Positions 16,783-26,480 of a DNA stretch of 51,872 bases are shown here, one piece after another. Location of the stretch: NCBI GenBank assembly GCA_964449235.1, contig CAYVAX010000003.1, positions 1 through 51,872 on the forward strand, read 5' to 3'. The notes beneath the pieces are model-generated. The model saw only the letters and a list, made by a program, of their open reading frames with translations, had not been told where the DNA came from and did no database searches. The position numbers and the translations under genes are program-made. This DNA is from an uncultured Candidatus Saccharibacteria bacterium (GTDB taxonomy: Bacteria; Patescibacteriota; Minisyncoccia; RBG-13-40-8-A; JAUWHN01). Every line of letters begins with the position of its first letter. Position 1 is the first letter of the stretch.

Positions 16783-18079
16783 ATGGTTGCATTTCTCCCC
16801 AATTATCCCCTATGTTTATATCCACCACCAGAGGAATGTTGGAAATTACTTTTACTTGTTTAAAAATTGGATGCTTTAAAATATTTTCCATGGTTTGCTT
16901 GATAATTTTTGTTGCTTTTTCAAGTTTATCCTGCTCAATTTCAAAAACTAATTCATCATGAACCTGAAGCAGCATTTTTGCTGACGCTGGTAATTTTTTA
17001 TCTAATTCCACCATTGCTACTTTAATAATCTCGGCACTGGTTCCTTGAATGGGCATATTAATCGCCATTCTTTCTGAACTTTGACGAAGATAATAATTTG
17101 AAGAATTAATTTCCGGCAAGTAACGTTTTCGATCTAAGATTGTTTTTACATAACCTCTTTTTTGAGCTTGTTTCTTGGTTTGCTGGATATAGTTATAAAC
17201 TCCGGAAAAGTTATTCATATATTCTTCAATAAACTTTTTAGCTTGCTGATAAGTAATTCCCGCTGCTTCTGCAAATCCAATCGCGCTCATCCCGTAAAGA
17301 ATGCCAAAATTTAATGCTTTTGCCTCATATCTCATTTTAGGAGTAACCTTGTTTATAGATACATTATTCACCTCCGCAGCTGTGATTTTGTGAATATCCT
17401 CGCCGCGTTCAAAAGCATTGATCATTTTCCTATCTTCAGCTAAATAAGCAGCAATCCGAAGTTCGATTTGTGAATAATCAGCAGAAAGAAGTTGATTTCC
17501 TTTTTTAGCAATAAAGCATTTTCTGATTTCTTTGCCCCATTCTCCCCGCACAGGAATGTTTTGCAAGTTAGGGTCAGAAGAAGAAATGCGCCCAGTGCTA
17601 GTTCCTAGTTGATGATAGTTGGTGTGTATTCTTTGTTGATTATCAACTTGGTCCGGAAGAGGATCAATGTAGGTAGTCTTTAATTTCATTAATTCCCGAT
17701 ACTTTAAAATCAGTTCAATTATATTGTGCTTTGATTTTAATTTCTGAAGCTCAGAAGCAGCAGTAGAGATTACCCCTCCAGGAGTTTTTTTAAGACCTTG
17801 CGTGGAAATCTTTAATTTTTTAAATAAAATCTGAGAAAGTTGCTGGGAAGAATTAATATTAAATTTTGTATCTGCCAATTTATATATCTCTTTTTCTAAT
17901 TCCTGAAGGCGGTGAGATATTTTTTTAGAAAGCTTTTTTAAAAAAGCAATGTCTAACTTGATTCCTCTTGTTTCCATTTTTTTCAAAACCGGTAATAATT
18001 TTTTTTCTAATTCATAAATAGCTCCAGGAAAAATTCCTTGCCGATAAGCGTCTTGGATCTGTTTTAGCCTTTGTTCCAT
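16751..18079 (-). CDS. polA: DNA polymerase I, polymerase domain only
   Basis: 442 aa. Family A motifs ADYSQIELRIAAYLA, RYEAKALNFGILYGMSA, LQVHDELVFE. There is no 3'-5' exonuclease domain. It is in frame with the upstream 5'-nuclease ORF. Confidence 0.9.
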   Translation of the reverse strand: MEQRLKQIQDAYRQGIFPGAIYELEKKLLPVLKKMETRGIKLDIAFLKKLSKKISHRLQELEKEIYKLADTKFNINSSQQLSQILFKKLKISTQGLKKTPGGVISTAASELQKLKSKHNIIELILKYRELMKLKTTYIDPLPDQVDNQQRIHTNYHQLGTSTGRISSSDPNLQNIPVRGEWGKEIRKCFIAKKGNQLLSADYSQIELRIAAYLAEDRKMINAFERGEDIHKITAAEVNNVSINKVTPKMRYEAKALNFGILYGMSAIGFAEAAGITYQQAKKFIEEYMNNFSGVYNYIQQTKKQAQKRGYVKTILDRKRYLPEINSSNYYLRQSSERMAINMPIQGTSAEIIKVAMVELDKKLPASAKMLLQVHDELVFEIEQDKLEKATKIIKQTMENILKHPIFKQVKVISNIPLVVDINIGDNWGEMQPYAGITRSGDN

Positions 18080-18094
18080 AATATATTTTAAATC

Positions 18095-18982
18095 TTAAAT
18101 TGCAGACAGTTGCCGACTGGGTAACCTGTTTATTAAACTCTTAAAATTTAATTTTTGAAAGAGTTTAATTACTTTTTTAGTGTCATAGTCTTCTGTTCGA
18201 CATTTTTTTAAATCAAACTTTAAGGGCACATCACATTTGATTGTAGCTAATTTTTTGCTAAACATTGCTTGATCTTTATTATCCAACAATTTCTTTTTCA
18301 GTCCTTCAGAAATATGTTTTGGATCTTCTTTTTTTAGCTGGGCATATAAATTATTTATAGTCTTAAATTCTTTTAAAAGATCAATGGCTGTTTTTTCTCC
18401 TACTCCTGGAACTCCGGGAATATTATCTGAAGGATCTCCTTTTAATCCTTTAAAATCTAACAACTGCTCTGGTTTCAAGCCATATCTTTGTTTAACTTTT
18501 TGAGGATCGTAAATCACAGTATCGGTTATTCCTTTTTTCAAAGTATACACCTTGGTATGATCATCAACTAATTGCAAGGTGTCTAAATCACCAGTAACAA
18601 TTACATCTTCAATCTGCTTGCCTGTTTTTTTGGTTATTGTTCCAATAATATCATCGGCTTCAAATCCTTCTTTTTCAAAAATAGGGATGTTGAATGCTTT
18701 TACCATCTGTTTTACAATCGGGAATTGATGAATAAGCTCTTCTGGCGTTTTTGGCCGCGTCGCCTTATACTCCTCATATTCTAAATGGCGAAAAGTGGGC
18801 TTGGCAAGATCAAATGCAGTAATAATGTAGTCTGGTTTTAAATCTTTTAAAATCTTCAATAAAATAGAGGTGAATCCATATACAGCGTTCACTAATTTCC
18901 CCTGCTCAGTTTTTAATGGTGGCAAGGCGTGGAAACCGCGATGAACTAAAGCATTAGCATCAATTAAAACAAGCCGTTTCAT
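18095..18982 (-). CDS. 5'-3' exonuclease / flap endonuclease (Pol I N-terminal domain)
   Basis: 295 aa. MKRLVLIDANALVHRGFHA start, TGDLDTLQLV, H3TH GDPSDNIPGVPGVGEKTA. Confidence 0.9.
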   Translation of the reverse strand: MKRLVLIDANALVHRGFHALPPLKTEQGKLVNAVYGFTSILLKILKDLKPDYIITAFDLAKPTFRHLEYEEYKATRPKTPEELIHQFPIVKQMVKAFNIPIFEKEGFEADDIIGTITKKTGKQIEDVIVTGDLDTLQLVDDHTKVYTLKKGITDTVIYDPQKVKQRYGLKPEQLLDFKGLKGDPSDNIPGVPGVGEKTAIDLLKEFKTINNLYAQLKKEDPKHISEGLKKKLLDNKDQAMFSKKLATIKCDVPLKFDLKKCRTEDYDTKKVIKLFQKLNFKSLINRLPSRQLSAI

Positions 18983-18985
18983 GTA

Positions 18986-19438
18986 TTAATAGTTAATAGT
19001 TATTTTCCTTTGATTGTTGGCAACAACTTCAAATTTAATCCAAATAGTATTTTTAGGAAGCAGAGATTTAACTTTTTCTGCCCATTCGATTAACAATACA
19101 TTCTTGGGATTATCAATTATCTGTTCAAAGTCCAGATCTTTTAAATGTTTAGGTTTATCCAGGCGATAACAATCAATATGGTAAAGGTAGTTAAGCTGAG
19201 GAATGCTAATTTTGTAACCTTTAAGCAGGACAAATGTAGGACTGGTTAACCGTTGCTTAATCCCTAATTCTTGAGCAAATCCCTGAACAAAGTTAGTTTT
19301 CCCGCTTCCTAATTCCCCTTCTAAGCCAATAACCAACGCTTCCTTGATATTCAAACGTTTTTGTTGAATTTCCTTGGCTAATAAAGAGGCGACTTTTTTA
19401 GTTTCAGCCTCATTGGCAGTAATCATCTCAATCATCAA
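18986..19438 (-). CDS. tsaE: tRNA t6A biosynthesis ATPase TsaE
   Basis: 150 aa. GLEGELGSGKTNFVQG P-loop, SPTFVLL, HIDCYRL. Confidence 0.85.
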   Translation of the reverse strand: MMIEMITANEAETKKVASLLAKEIQQKRLNIKEALVIGLEGELGSGKTNFVQGFAQELGIKQRLTSPTFVLLKGYKISIPQLNYLYHIDCYRLDKPKHLKDLDFEQIIDNPKNVLLIEWAEKVKSLLPKNTIWIKFEVVANNQRKITINY

Positions 19439-19519
19439 CTTTAATAGTAGCAGATTTTTAACCTAAAAACAAAAATTTAGCAATTTAAGCATTAAATATA
19501 GTTATTCACAATTTTACAG

Positions 19520-19548
19520 TTGACCTTTTTCTAATTTTAAATTAAAAT
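19520..19548 (+). promoter_or_regulatory. candidate sigma70-type promoter
   Basis: TTGACC, a 17-nt spacer, then TAAAAT, about 30 nt upstream of ATG 19580. Confidence 0.45.
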
Positions 19549-19579
19549 AGATAGATAATTTTAATGTACATTACTTAAA

Positions 19580-20707
19580 ATGGACGGAACAAAACAACAA
19601 ATAGCAAGGTTAATTAACAAAAGCAATAAAATCCTTATAGCTACCCCAGAAAACGCTTGCGGAGATGCTCTTGGAAGCGCTTTAGCTCTTGCTAATACTA
19701 TCAAAAAGCTGAATAAGAACATTCAGGCTATTATCCCTGAAAGCTTACCTGAAAAATTTAAATTTCTAAACGAATATTCAAAAACAAATCCCCTTTCTTA
19801 CCACCAGCTTAAAGAAAGGGAGTTTGTTTTAACTGTAAAAAATCCTCAAAATCATATTAACAATCTTTATTACCAAAAAGATGAGGGGCTTTTGCATATT
19901 TACCTGGGAGGAAAAAATGAAATTAAAGAAAATGATTTTGAAATTAAGCGAAATCATCCTTTTGATCTCGTTTTTATCATTAAAAGCCGGGATTATGAAA
20001 GATTAGGAAAAATTTTTGAATATAATCCGGAATTATTTATTGAAACTCCGGTGGTGAATATAGATAATCATCCTGATAATGAGAATTTTGGGGAAATAAA
20101 TTTAACAGATATTACCTCCAGTTCAGTTTCAGAAATAGTAATGAATTTAATTCATTTTATAGACAGAAACTTACTGGACAAGGCCATTGCCACCCAAATT
20201 CTCGCAGGATTAATAGACGCTACTAATAATTTTCAATATCCAGGAACAAATCCTCGAACATTTAATAATGCTGCGATATTAATCAACCGTGGAGGTGATC
20301 AACAAAAAATCATTCGTTATTTTTACAAAACAAAATCAATTAATTTCTTACGTCTATGGGGAAGAATACTTCATCAACTTTCTCAAGATAGGAAAAATAA
20401 ATTAGTATGGGGGAAAATACAGGAAAAAGACTTTCAGCAAACTAATACCCGGCCCGATCACGCCATTCAATCCTTAGAAGAAATTAAAGCTCATTTTCCA
20501 AACATGAAAACAAGTTTTCTAATTTGGAATCATAATAATGCAATTGAAGGAACAATTTATTCTTCAAGCTTTAAAATCATTAAAAAGATTTCCCTTGAGT
20601 TTGGTGAAAAAATAAATGCGAATAATGCAGTTAATTTTAAAGTCAACAGTAATAATCTAGAAAAAACAGAAAAACAACTGCGAGATTTGATAATTGCAGA
20701 GAAATAA
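19580..20707 (+). CDS. DHH/DHHA1-family (NrnA-like) protein with degenerate catalytic motifs
   Basis: 375 aa. The layout is colinear with NrnA. However, motif I reads TPENACGDALGS, motif III reads DNH (20063-20071) instead of DHH, and no GGGH is seen. Confidence 0.6.
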   Translation: MDGTKQQIARLINKSNKILIATPENACGDALGSALALANTIKKLNKNIQAIIPESLPEKFKFLNEYSKTNPLSYHQLKEREFVLTVKNPQNHINNLYYQKDEGLLHIYLGGKNEIKENDFEIKRNHPFDLVFIIKSRDYERLGKIFEYNPELFIETPVVNIDNHPDNENFGEINLTDITSSSVSEIVMNLIHFIDRNLLDKAIATQILAGLIDATNNFQYPGTNPRTFNNAAILINRGGDQQKIIRYFYKTKSINFLRLWGRILHQLSQDRKNKLVWGKIQEKDFQQTNTRPDHAIQSLEEIKAHFPNMKTSFLIWNHNNAIEGTIYSSSFKIIKKISLEFGEKINANNAVNFKVNSNNLEKTEKQLRDLIIAEK

Positions 20708-20721
20708 GCTAAAATTAAGTT

Positions 20722-22407
20722 ATGAGTATAAAAAAAGACAATCGGAAAAATAAAACGGAGGCAAAATTAAGAAAAATCCGCCGCGAGGAAGAAGAAGAAA
20801 AAACCAAACAAAAAGCATCTGAATTGGGGATTCCGTATTTGGACTTAGCCACGGTTCCTATCAACCCTTCAGGATTGCAAATTATTCCCCTGGATCAAGC
20901 TAAAAAGGCAAACCTGTGCATTCTCCAAAAATTTGGACGTTCGCTAAAAATAGCAGCTAATGATCCTAAAAGCAAGCAAGCAAAAAAAGCTTTAGATGAT
21001 TTAAAAAAGAAAGGATTTTCTTTTAAGCTGTTTTTAGTTTCACAATCAAGCCTGGAAACTGCCTGGAAAAGATTTAAACAGGAAACAGAAAAACGGAAAG
21101 AAATAAGCAGGCAAGTAGAAATTACCTCTGAAAGATTAAAAGAATTCCAAAAAGAAATAGACACTTTTAAGGACATTCAAAATAAATTTGAGGCAATTTC
21201 TAAGATGACTACTACAGAGATGATTGAAGTAATTTTAGCAGGAGCATTAAAAACTGAATCCTCTGATGTTCATCTTGAAACCAAAGAAAAAGAAGTCCGA
21301 TTAAGGTTCAGGATTGATGGAATCCTTCAAGATGTAACTCAAATTCCCAGCAATCTATACCATAATATCCTTTCCCGAATAAAAGTATTATCAGAATTGA
21401 AAATTAATGTTCATGACACTCCTCAAGATGGACGATTTTCAATTGTAATCGACAATCAGGAAATTGAAATTCGAACTTCAATTATCCCCAGCGCTTATGG
21501 AGAGAATATTGTACTGAGGATTTTAAACCCAAACACTATTGGTTTAGAATTAAAAGACCTGGGACTGGAAAAATATGCCCTGGAGATAATTAATAAGCAA
21601 TTAAAAAAACCCCATGGAATGATTGTAAATACCGGACCTACAGGTTCAGGTAAAACCACCACCTTATATGCCTTTGTTAAGCGTGTTAACAATCCGGAAA
21701 TCAAAATAATTACCTTAGAAAATCCAATTGAGTATCATTTACAAGGTATTGAGCAAACTCAAATCAAGCCAGATAAAGAATATACTTTTGCTAGCGGTTT
21801 AAGAGCTATTTTACGCCAGGATCCAGATGTTATCCTTTTGGGAGAGGTTAGGGATAATGAAACTGCAGAAACAGCAATTCATGCTGCTTTAACCGGCCAT
21901 TTAGTGTTTACCACTCTGCATACCAATGATGCTGCCGGAGCAATTCCCCGCCTGATTGATATGAAGGTTAATGCAAAATTAATTCCTTCTGCTCTCAATC
22001 TGGTGATTGCTCAAAGATTGGTGCGGAGAATATGTGAAAATTGTGCTCAAAAACACAAACCAAGCTCAACAGAAATTAATCGTTTAAAACAAACCTTAAA
22101 AACTGTTCCCAAGAATATTAAAAATAAATATCCGAACATAGATCAGAATTTAACTCTTCTAAAAGAGGGTAAGGGTTGTAAAAAATGTAATTTTACTGGA
22201 TATAAAGGGCGAATTGCAGTAATTGAATTATTTGTTATTGATGAAAAAATGGAAGAAGTTATTATCAAAGCTCCTTCAATCACAGAAATCAAACAGGCAG
22301 CAATTAAACAAGGAATGATCACTATTAAGCAAGATGCTATTTTCAAGATCTTAAATAAAATCACAACCATAAAGGAAGTAGAAAGAATTTTGGGATTATT
22401 AGAATAA
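20722..22407 (+). CDS. pilB: type II/IV secretion / type IV pilus assembly ATPase (GspE/PilB family)
   Basis: 561 aa. Walker A GPTGSGKTTTLYA, ILLGEVRD, His box TGHLVFTTLHTN, tetracysteine CENC...CKKC. Confidence 0.9.
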   Translation: MSIKKDNRKNKTEAKLRKIRREEEEEKTKQKASELGIPYLDLATVPINPSGLQIIPLDQAKKANLCILQKFGRSLKIAANDPKSKQAKKALDDLKKKGFSFKLFLVSQSSLETAWKRFKQETEKRKEISRQVEITSERLKEFQKEIDTFKDIQNKFEAISKMTTTEMIEVILAGALKTESSDVHLETKEKEVRLRFRIDGILQDVTQIPSNLYHNILSRIKVLSELKINVHDTPQDGRFSIVIDNQEIEIRTSIIPSAYGENIVLRILNPNTIGLELKDLGLEKYALEIINKQLKKPHGMIVNTGPTGSGKTTTLYAFVKRVNNPEIKIITLENPIEYHLQGIEQTQIKPDKEYTFASGLRAILRQDPDVILLGEVRDNETAETAIHAALTGHLVFTTLHTNDAAGAIPRLIDMKVNAKLIPSALNLVIAQRLVRRICENCAQKHKPSSTEINRLKQTLKTVPKNIKNKYPNIDQNLTLLKEGKGCKKCNFTGYKGRIAVIELFVIDEKMEEVIIKAPSITEIKQAAIKQGMITIKQDAIFKILNKITTIKEVERILGLLE

Positions 22408-22417
22408 AAAATTCCCG

Positions 22418-22598
22418 TCTATTAATCTGTAGACAATAAAACTTTGGCTTGGGAACCAAGAGTCTAGAATTTTTCTGAGGAATATCACAGTTAAACTGCC
22501 AACAAGGACAGGACCAAGATACCCGAAGCTAAAAAAAATTCCAAAGGATACCAAATAAAATGAATACGCGGTAACCTTATTGCCTACAGATAAATAGA
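22418..22598. repeat. 22-nt inverted repeat pair enclosing 137 nt (candidate structured RNA or MITE-like element)
   Basis: TCTATTAATCTGTAGACAATAA (22418-22439) against the reverse complement of TTATTGCCTACAGATAAATAGA (22577-22598): 20 of 22 positions match. An inner CTTTGG/CCAAAG pair and a CUUGG-GAA-CCAAG hairpin are also present. Confidence 0.4.
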
Positions 22599-22656
22599 AA
22601 GGAATTAATTGTTAACATTACATTATAGCAAACTGGTTTAAATTTGTCAACAGTTT

Positions 22657-24981
22657 ATGAATACTGACCCCCGAAAGCAACAAGAGGATCAAAATTTAGA
22701 CACCAGTCTCCGTCCTCTAAATTTTGACGAATATATTGGACAGAATAAAATAAAAAAGAGCCTCAAGATATTAATTGAGGCTGCTAAACAGCGAGGTGAA
22801 GTTACTGACCACCTGCTTTTTTATGGTGGCTCGGGATTAGGTAAATGCATTAACCAAAATAGTATAATATTCTCAGAGCAGGGCATAATTCCTCTTGGCC
22901 AGGTTGGAAATTTAAAAAAGAAAGGTTTTCAAAAAAAACAGATGGAAGTTTATTCTAATCCAGGGCCTCAAAAAACTTCTCATTTTTACAATAATGGAAA
23001 AAGTAGAACAATCAAAATCCGAACTCATCAAGGATATGAATTAGAGGGAACTTCAAATCACCCTATAGTTGTTCTAAACAGAAAAGGAGAGAAAGAGTTT
23101 AGAGAGCTCAAAGACATCAAGAAAAACGACTATGCCGCTATTCAAAGAGGGCAGAATTATTTTGGAACAAAAATTAAACTGCCTGAATTCAATTTCAAAA
23201 TTAAAGAAATGAACAAGTATGACTACGGTGCTTATAAAATACCGAATAAAATGACTCCTGAACTGGCTAGACTGTGTGGTTATTTAATCGGAGACGGATA
23301 TATAAGTTCTAAAGGTAGTAGAGGCGCTGTAGCTTTCTATAATAATGAAAAAGAAATTTTAAAAGATTTCCAAAAATTATGGTTCAAGGTTTTTGGACAG
23401 AAGCCAACAATAAAAAAATGGAAGACCAAATGCCCGGTTATTAGAGTTACAAATTTAAAATTCAGACAGTTTCTTGCAAGCATAGATATCCCTTTCTCTG
23501 TAGCAGCAAATAAAAAAATTCCGTCATCTATCAAAGTTGCTCCTAAAGACATTGTAAAAGAGTTTTTAAGCGCTTATTTCGAATGCGATGGTCATATTAG
23601 GCCGGATTGCAGACAAATCGATGTTTCGTCTGCTTCAAAACAGCTTATTAAAGAAATTCAAATTATTTTATTAAATTTCGGCATTGTTTCAAGAATTTAT
23701 GAAGATTTTAGCAAGTCAAACAAAAAAAGTTACTGGCGACTATATATTACTGGCGGAGATGTAGATATTTTTAACAAAGAAATCGGTTTTATTTCTTCCA
23801 GAAAAAAATATGCACAAAAAAACTTTAAAGCAAAAGTTAATACAAATAAAGATTTAGTTCCATATGCAAGGGAAAAAATAAAAAAACTTAGAAGGCAATT
23901 AATAACACTTAGAAAACAATTAGATAAAAAAGGGTATCGTGAATCTAACCGCAAGCAAGTATCTCAAACAGAAATACATAAATGTCTTAAATTTATAAAA
24001 AGCGCTATAAATGAAATTCAAAAAAAAGCTGAACAAGTGAAAAAAATAAGTGACCCCGGTATTTTTTGGGATAAGATTGAACAAATAGAAAAAGGATTTG
24101 CCCATACTGTTGATTTTTCTATTCCCTCAAATCATACTTTTTTTGCAAACGGCTTTATAAACCACAATACTACTCTAGCCCATATCATCGCCAAAGAATT
24201 AAACTCAAATATTAAAACCACTTCCGGACCGGCAATTGAAAAAGTTGGCGATTTAGCTTCAATTTTAAGTAATCTGGAAGAAGGAGATATCCTATTCTTC
24301 GACGAAGCTCACCGATTAAATAAGCTTATTGAAGAAGTTCTTTATCCGGCAATGGAAGAATATAAGCTGGATATCATTATCGGCAAAGGCCCTTCAGCAA
24401 GAACCCTGCAATTGAATCTCCCCCGATTTACATTAATCGCTGCTACTACCAGAGTGGGGCTTCTTTCTTCTCCGTTAAGAAACCGATTTGGGGCCACTTA
24501 CCAATTAAACTTCTACAGCACCAAAGACATTGAACAAATTATTCAACGTTCAAGTAAAATATTGGGAATAAAAACAGATCCTTTGGGAATTAAAAAAATT
24601 GCTAAACGAGCAAGATTTACTCCTCGAGTTGCTAATCGATTATTAAAACGAACAAGGGATTATGCTCAAATAAAAGGGCAGGGAGTAATCACTAAAGAGA
24701 TTGCCGAGCAAGCTCTAAAAATGCTAGAGATAGACGAATTGGGATTAGAACAAGCAGACAGAAATATTCTGAAAGTGATTATTGAAAAATTTAATGGCGG
24801 TCCAGTGGGATTAAGCTCTATTGCCGCTGCTGCTTCTGAAGAAAAAGATGCAGTCAGTGATATTTACGAGCCGTATTTAATGTGTACTGGCCTTTTATCC
24901 CGCACACCCAAAGGAAGAATTGCAACCAGGCGTGCTTACGAGCATTTAAAAATTGAACCCCCTCAAGATCGTTTAGTATAA
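22657..24981 (+). CDS. ruvB: Holliday junction DNA helicase RuvB, interrupted by an intein
   Basis: 774 aa. The exteins total 333 aa and are colinear with RuvB: ...[11 protein letters not shown] | [11 protein letters not shown]..., Walker [11 protein letters not shown], sensor [17 protein letters not shown]. Confidence 0.95.
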   Translation: MNTDPRKQQEDQNLDTSLRPLNFDEYIGQNKIKKSLKILIEAAKQRGEVTDHLLFYGGSGLGKCINQNSIIFSEQGIIPLGQVGNLKKKGFQKKQMEVYSNPGPQKTSHFYNNGKSRTIKIRTHQGYELEGTSNHPIVVLNRKGEKEFRELKDIKKNDYAAIQRGQNYFGTKIKLPEFNFKIKEMNKYDYGAYKIPNKMTPELARLCGYLIGDGYISSKGSRGAVAFYNNEKEILKDFQKLWFKVFGQKPTIKKWKTKCPVIRVTNLKFRQFLASIDIPFSVAANKKIPSSIKVAPKDIVKEFLSAYFECDGHIRPDCRQIDVSSASKQLIKEIQIILLNFGIVSRIYEDFSKSNKKSYWRLYITGGDVDIFNKEIGFISSRKKYAQKNFKAKVNTNKDLVPYAREKIKKLRRQLITLRKQLDKKGYRESNRKQVSQTEIHKCLKFIKSAINEIQKKAEQVKKISDPGIFWDKIEQIEKGFAHTVDFSIPSNHTFFANGFINHNTTLAHIIAKELNSNIKTTSGPAIEKVGDLASILSNLEEGDILFFDEAHRLNKLIEEVLYPAMEEYKLDIIIGKGPSARTLQLNLPRFTLIAATTRVGLLSSPLRNRFGATYQLNFYSTKDIEQIIQRSSKILGIKTDPLGIKKIAKRARFTPRVANRLLKRTRDYAQIKGQGVITKEIAEQALKMLEIDELGLEQADRNILKVIIEKFNGGPVGLSSIAAAASEEKDAVSDIYEPYLMCTGLLSRTPKGRIATRRAYEHLKIEPPQDRLV
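22846..24168 (+). mobile_element. 441-aa class 1 intein with LAGLIDADG homing endonuclease domain, inserted in the RuvB Walker A loop
   Basis: It begins at Cys (TGC 22846) after GLGK. Block B is [18 protein letters not shown] motifs are [12 protein letters not shown] and [12 protein letters not shown]. The terminal [10 protein letters not shown] ends at 24168, and the +1 residue is Thr. Confidence 0.9.
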
Positions 24982-25010
24982 ATTAAATAACTTAATAGAG
25001 TTAATATTCG

Positions 25011-25034
25011 GGAGGGATTAACCCTTCTTTTTTT
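25011..25034 (+). terminator. candidate intrinsic terminator after ruvB
   Basis: GGAGGG, loop AUUAA, CCCUUC, then U7. It ends immediately before ATG 25035. Confidence 0.45.
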
Positions 25035-26447
25035 ATGAAAAAAATAATTTACTTCCTCTTAATATATCTCCTATTACTCCCCTTAACCACAAACGCAACT
25101 GTGGTTATTAATGAAATTTGTTGGATGGGTACAGAAAATTCTGCTAATGATGAATGGATTGAGCTTTATGCTGACCAACAAACAAATTTAGATGGTTGGA
25201 TTTTGGAATCGAAAGATGGAACTCCGAGTATAAGATTGGAAGGCAATATTCCTGCTCAGGGATATTTTCTTATAGAAAGAACTGATGACAATTCTGTGCC
25301 CAATATTCCTGGAGATCAAATCTATACAGGAGCGTTGTCTAATTCTGGAGAACATCTTCAACTTAAAGATAATAATCAAAATTTAATTGACGAAATTAAT
25401 TGCAGCCAGCAATGGATTGCTGGAGATAATTCCACAAAACAAACCATGGAAAGAACTGGCGATAGCTGGCAAACAAGCTTAGACCCTCACGGCACGCCTA
25501 AAGATGAAAACAGCGCCCTGCAAGAATTCGTGGAGCCTGAGCAATTTCAACGATCTGAGCAAGACAATTCTGAAGCTGAAAACCAGCCACCAATTGCCAA
25601 TGCCGGCAATGATATTGTTGGATTTGTTGATCAAATAATCATTCTTAATGCTTCTCGCTGTTATGACCCCAATAATGATCTTTTAAATTATCAATGGAAT
25701 CTAGGAGATGGAGAAATTAGCAATCAGGCAGTAACTGAACACAAATATGCTCATCCAGGAGAATTTTTGGTCTCATTAACTATTTCTGACAATTCTTATT
25801 CAGACACAGACACAATCAAAGTCAATATTTATCCTAAAGAAATAATGATCAATGAGTTTATTCCTGATCCTGAGGGAAAAGACTCCGAACAAGAATGGAT
25901 TGAGATATATAATAATCTTGATCAAGCTATTGATCTTTCTGGCTGGTTTTTAGACGATGAACCCGAGGGAAGCAACCCCTTTATGATCCCCGAAAATAGC
26001 TTAATCCCTCCAAAAGGATATTCGGTATTTTCTCGCAAAACAACAAAGATTGCTTTAAACAATGACAGTGATCAAGTAAGATTGCTCCTTCCAGACAAAA
26101 ATGTATTTCAAGAAATCAGTTATCAACAAACTGAACAAGGAAAGTCTTTGGCTAAAAGTCCGCAAGGATTTGTCTATAGCGTACCCACGCCTGGATTTTC
26201 AAATAGCAGCGGGATTGAGCAAGAAAAAATTAATTCTCAAAAAACAGCTCAATCCACCTCTGCAAATAGTCAATCTAAACAACAAAGCCCCCCTAAAAAG
26301 CTTGACTCTGAACAAAAATACTATAACCTTGCAGACTTAGAAAATTCAACTAATAGCAATAGTAAATTTATCCTTATTCTTGCAGCAATCGCAACTGCCA
26401 TATTCATTATCGGAATTTTAAAGCTTAGAAGCCGTAATAATTCTTGA
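25035..26447 (+). CDS. membrane-anchored surface protein: lamin-tail domain - PKD domain - lamin-tail domain
   Basis: 470 aa with a signal peptide. LTD signatures VVINEICWMGT..NDEWIELY and IMINEFIPDPEG..EQEWIEIYN. PKD-like PIANAGNDI...YQWNLGDGE...HKYAHPGEFLVSLTISD. C-terminal TM helix. Confidence 0.7.
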   Translation: MKKIIYFLLIYLLLLPLTTNATVVINEICWMGTENSANDEWIELYADQQTNLDGWILESKDGTPSIRLEGNIPAQGYFLIERTDDNSVPNIPGDQIYTGALSNSGEHLQLKDNNQNLIDEINCSQQWIAGDNSTKQTMERTGDSWQTSLDPHGTPKDENSALQEFVEPEQFQRSEQDNSEAENQPPIANAGNDIVGFVDQIIILNASRCYDPNNDLLNYQWNLGDGEISNQAVTEHKYAHPGEFLVSLTISDNSYSDTDTIKVNIYPKEIMINEFIPDPEGKDSEQEWIEIYNNLDQAIDLSGWFLDDEPEGSNPFMIPENSLIPPKGYSVFSRKTTKIALNNDSDQVRLLLPDKNVFQEISYQQTEQGKSLAKSPQGFVYSVPTPGFSNSSGIEQEKINSQKTAQSTSANSQSKQQSPPKKLDSEQKYYNLADLENSTNSNSKFILILAAIATAIFIIGILKLRSRNNS

Positions 26448-26480
26448 CTTTTAAGCTATGTTTTGAGAAAATACAAATAT

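Noticed and set aside
20722-22407. pilB as part of a type IV pilus operon in this window
   Set aside because: No pilC, pilM/N/O, prepilin peptidase or type IV pilin genes flank it. It is an orphan ATPase gene here, so no pilus locus is called.
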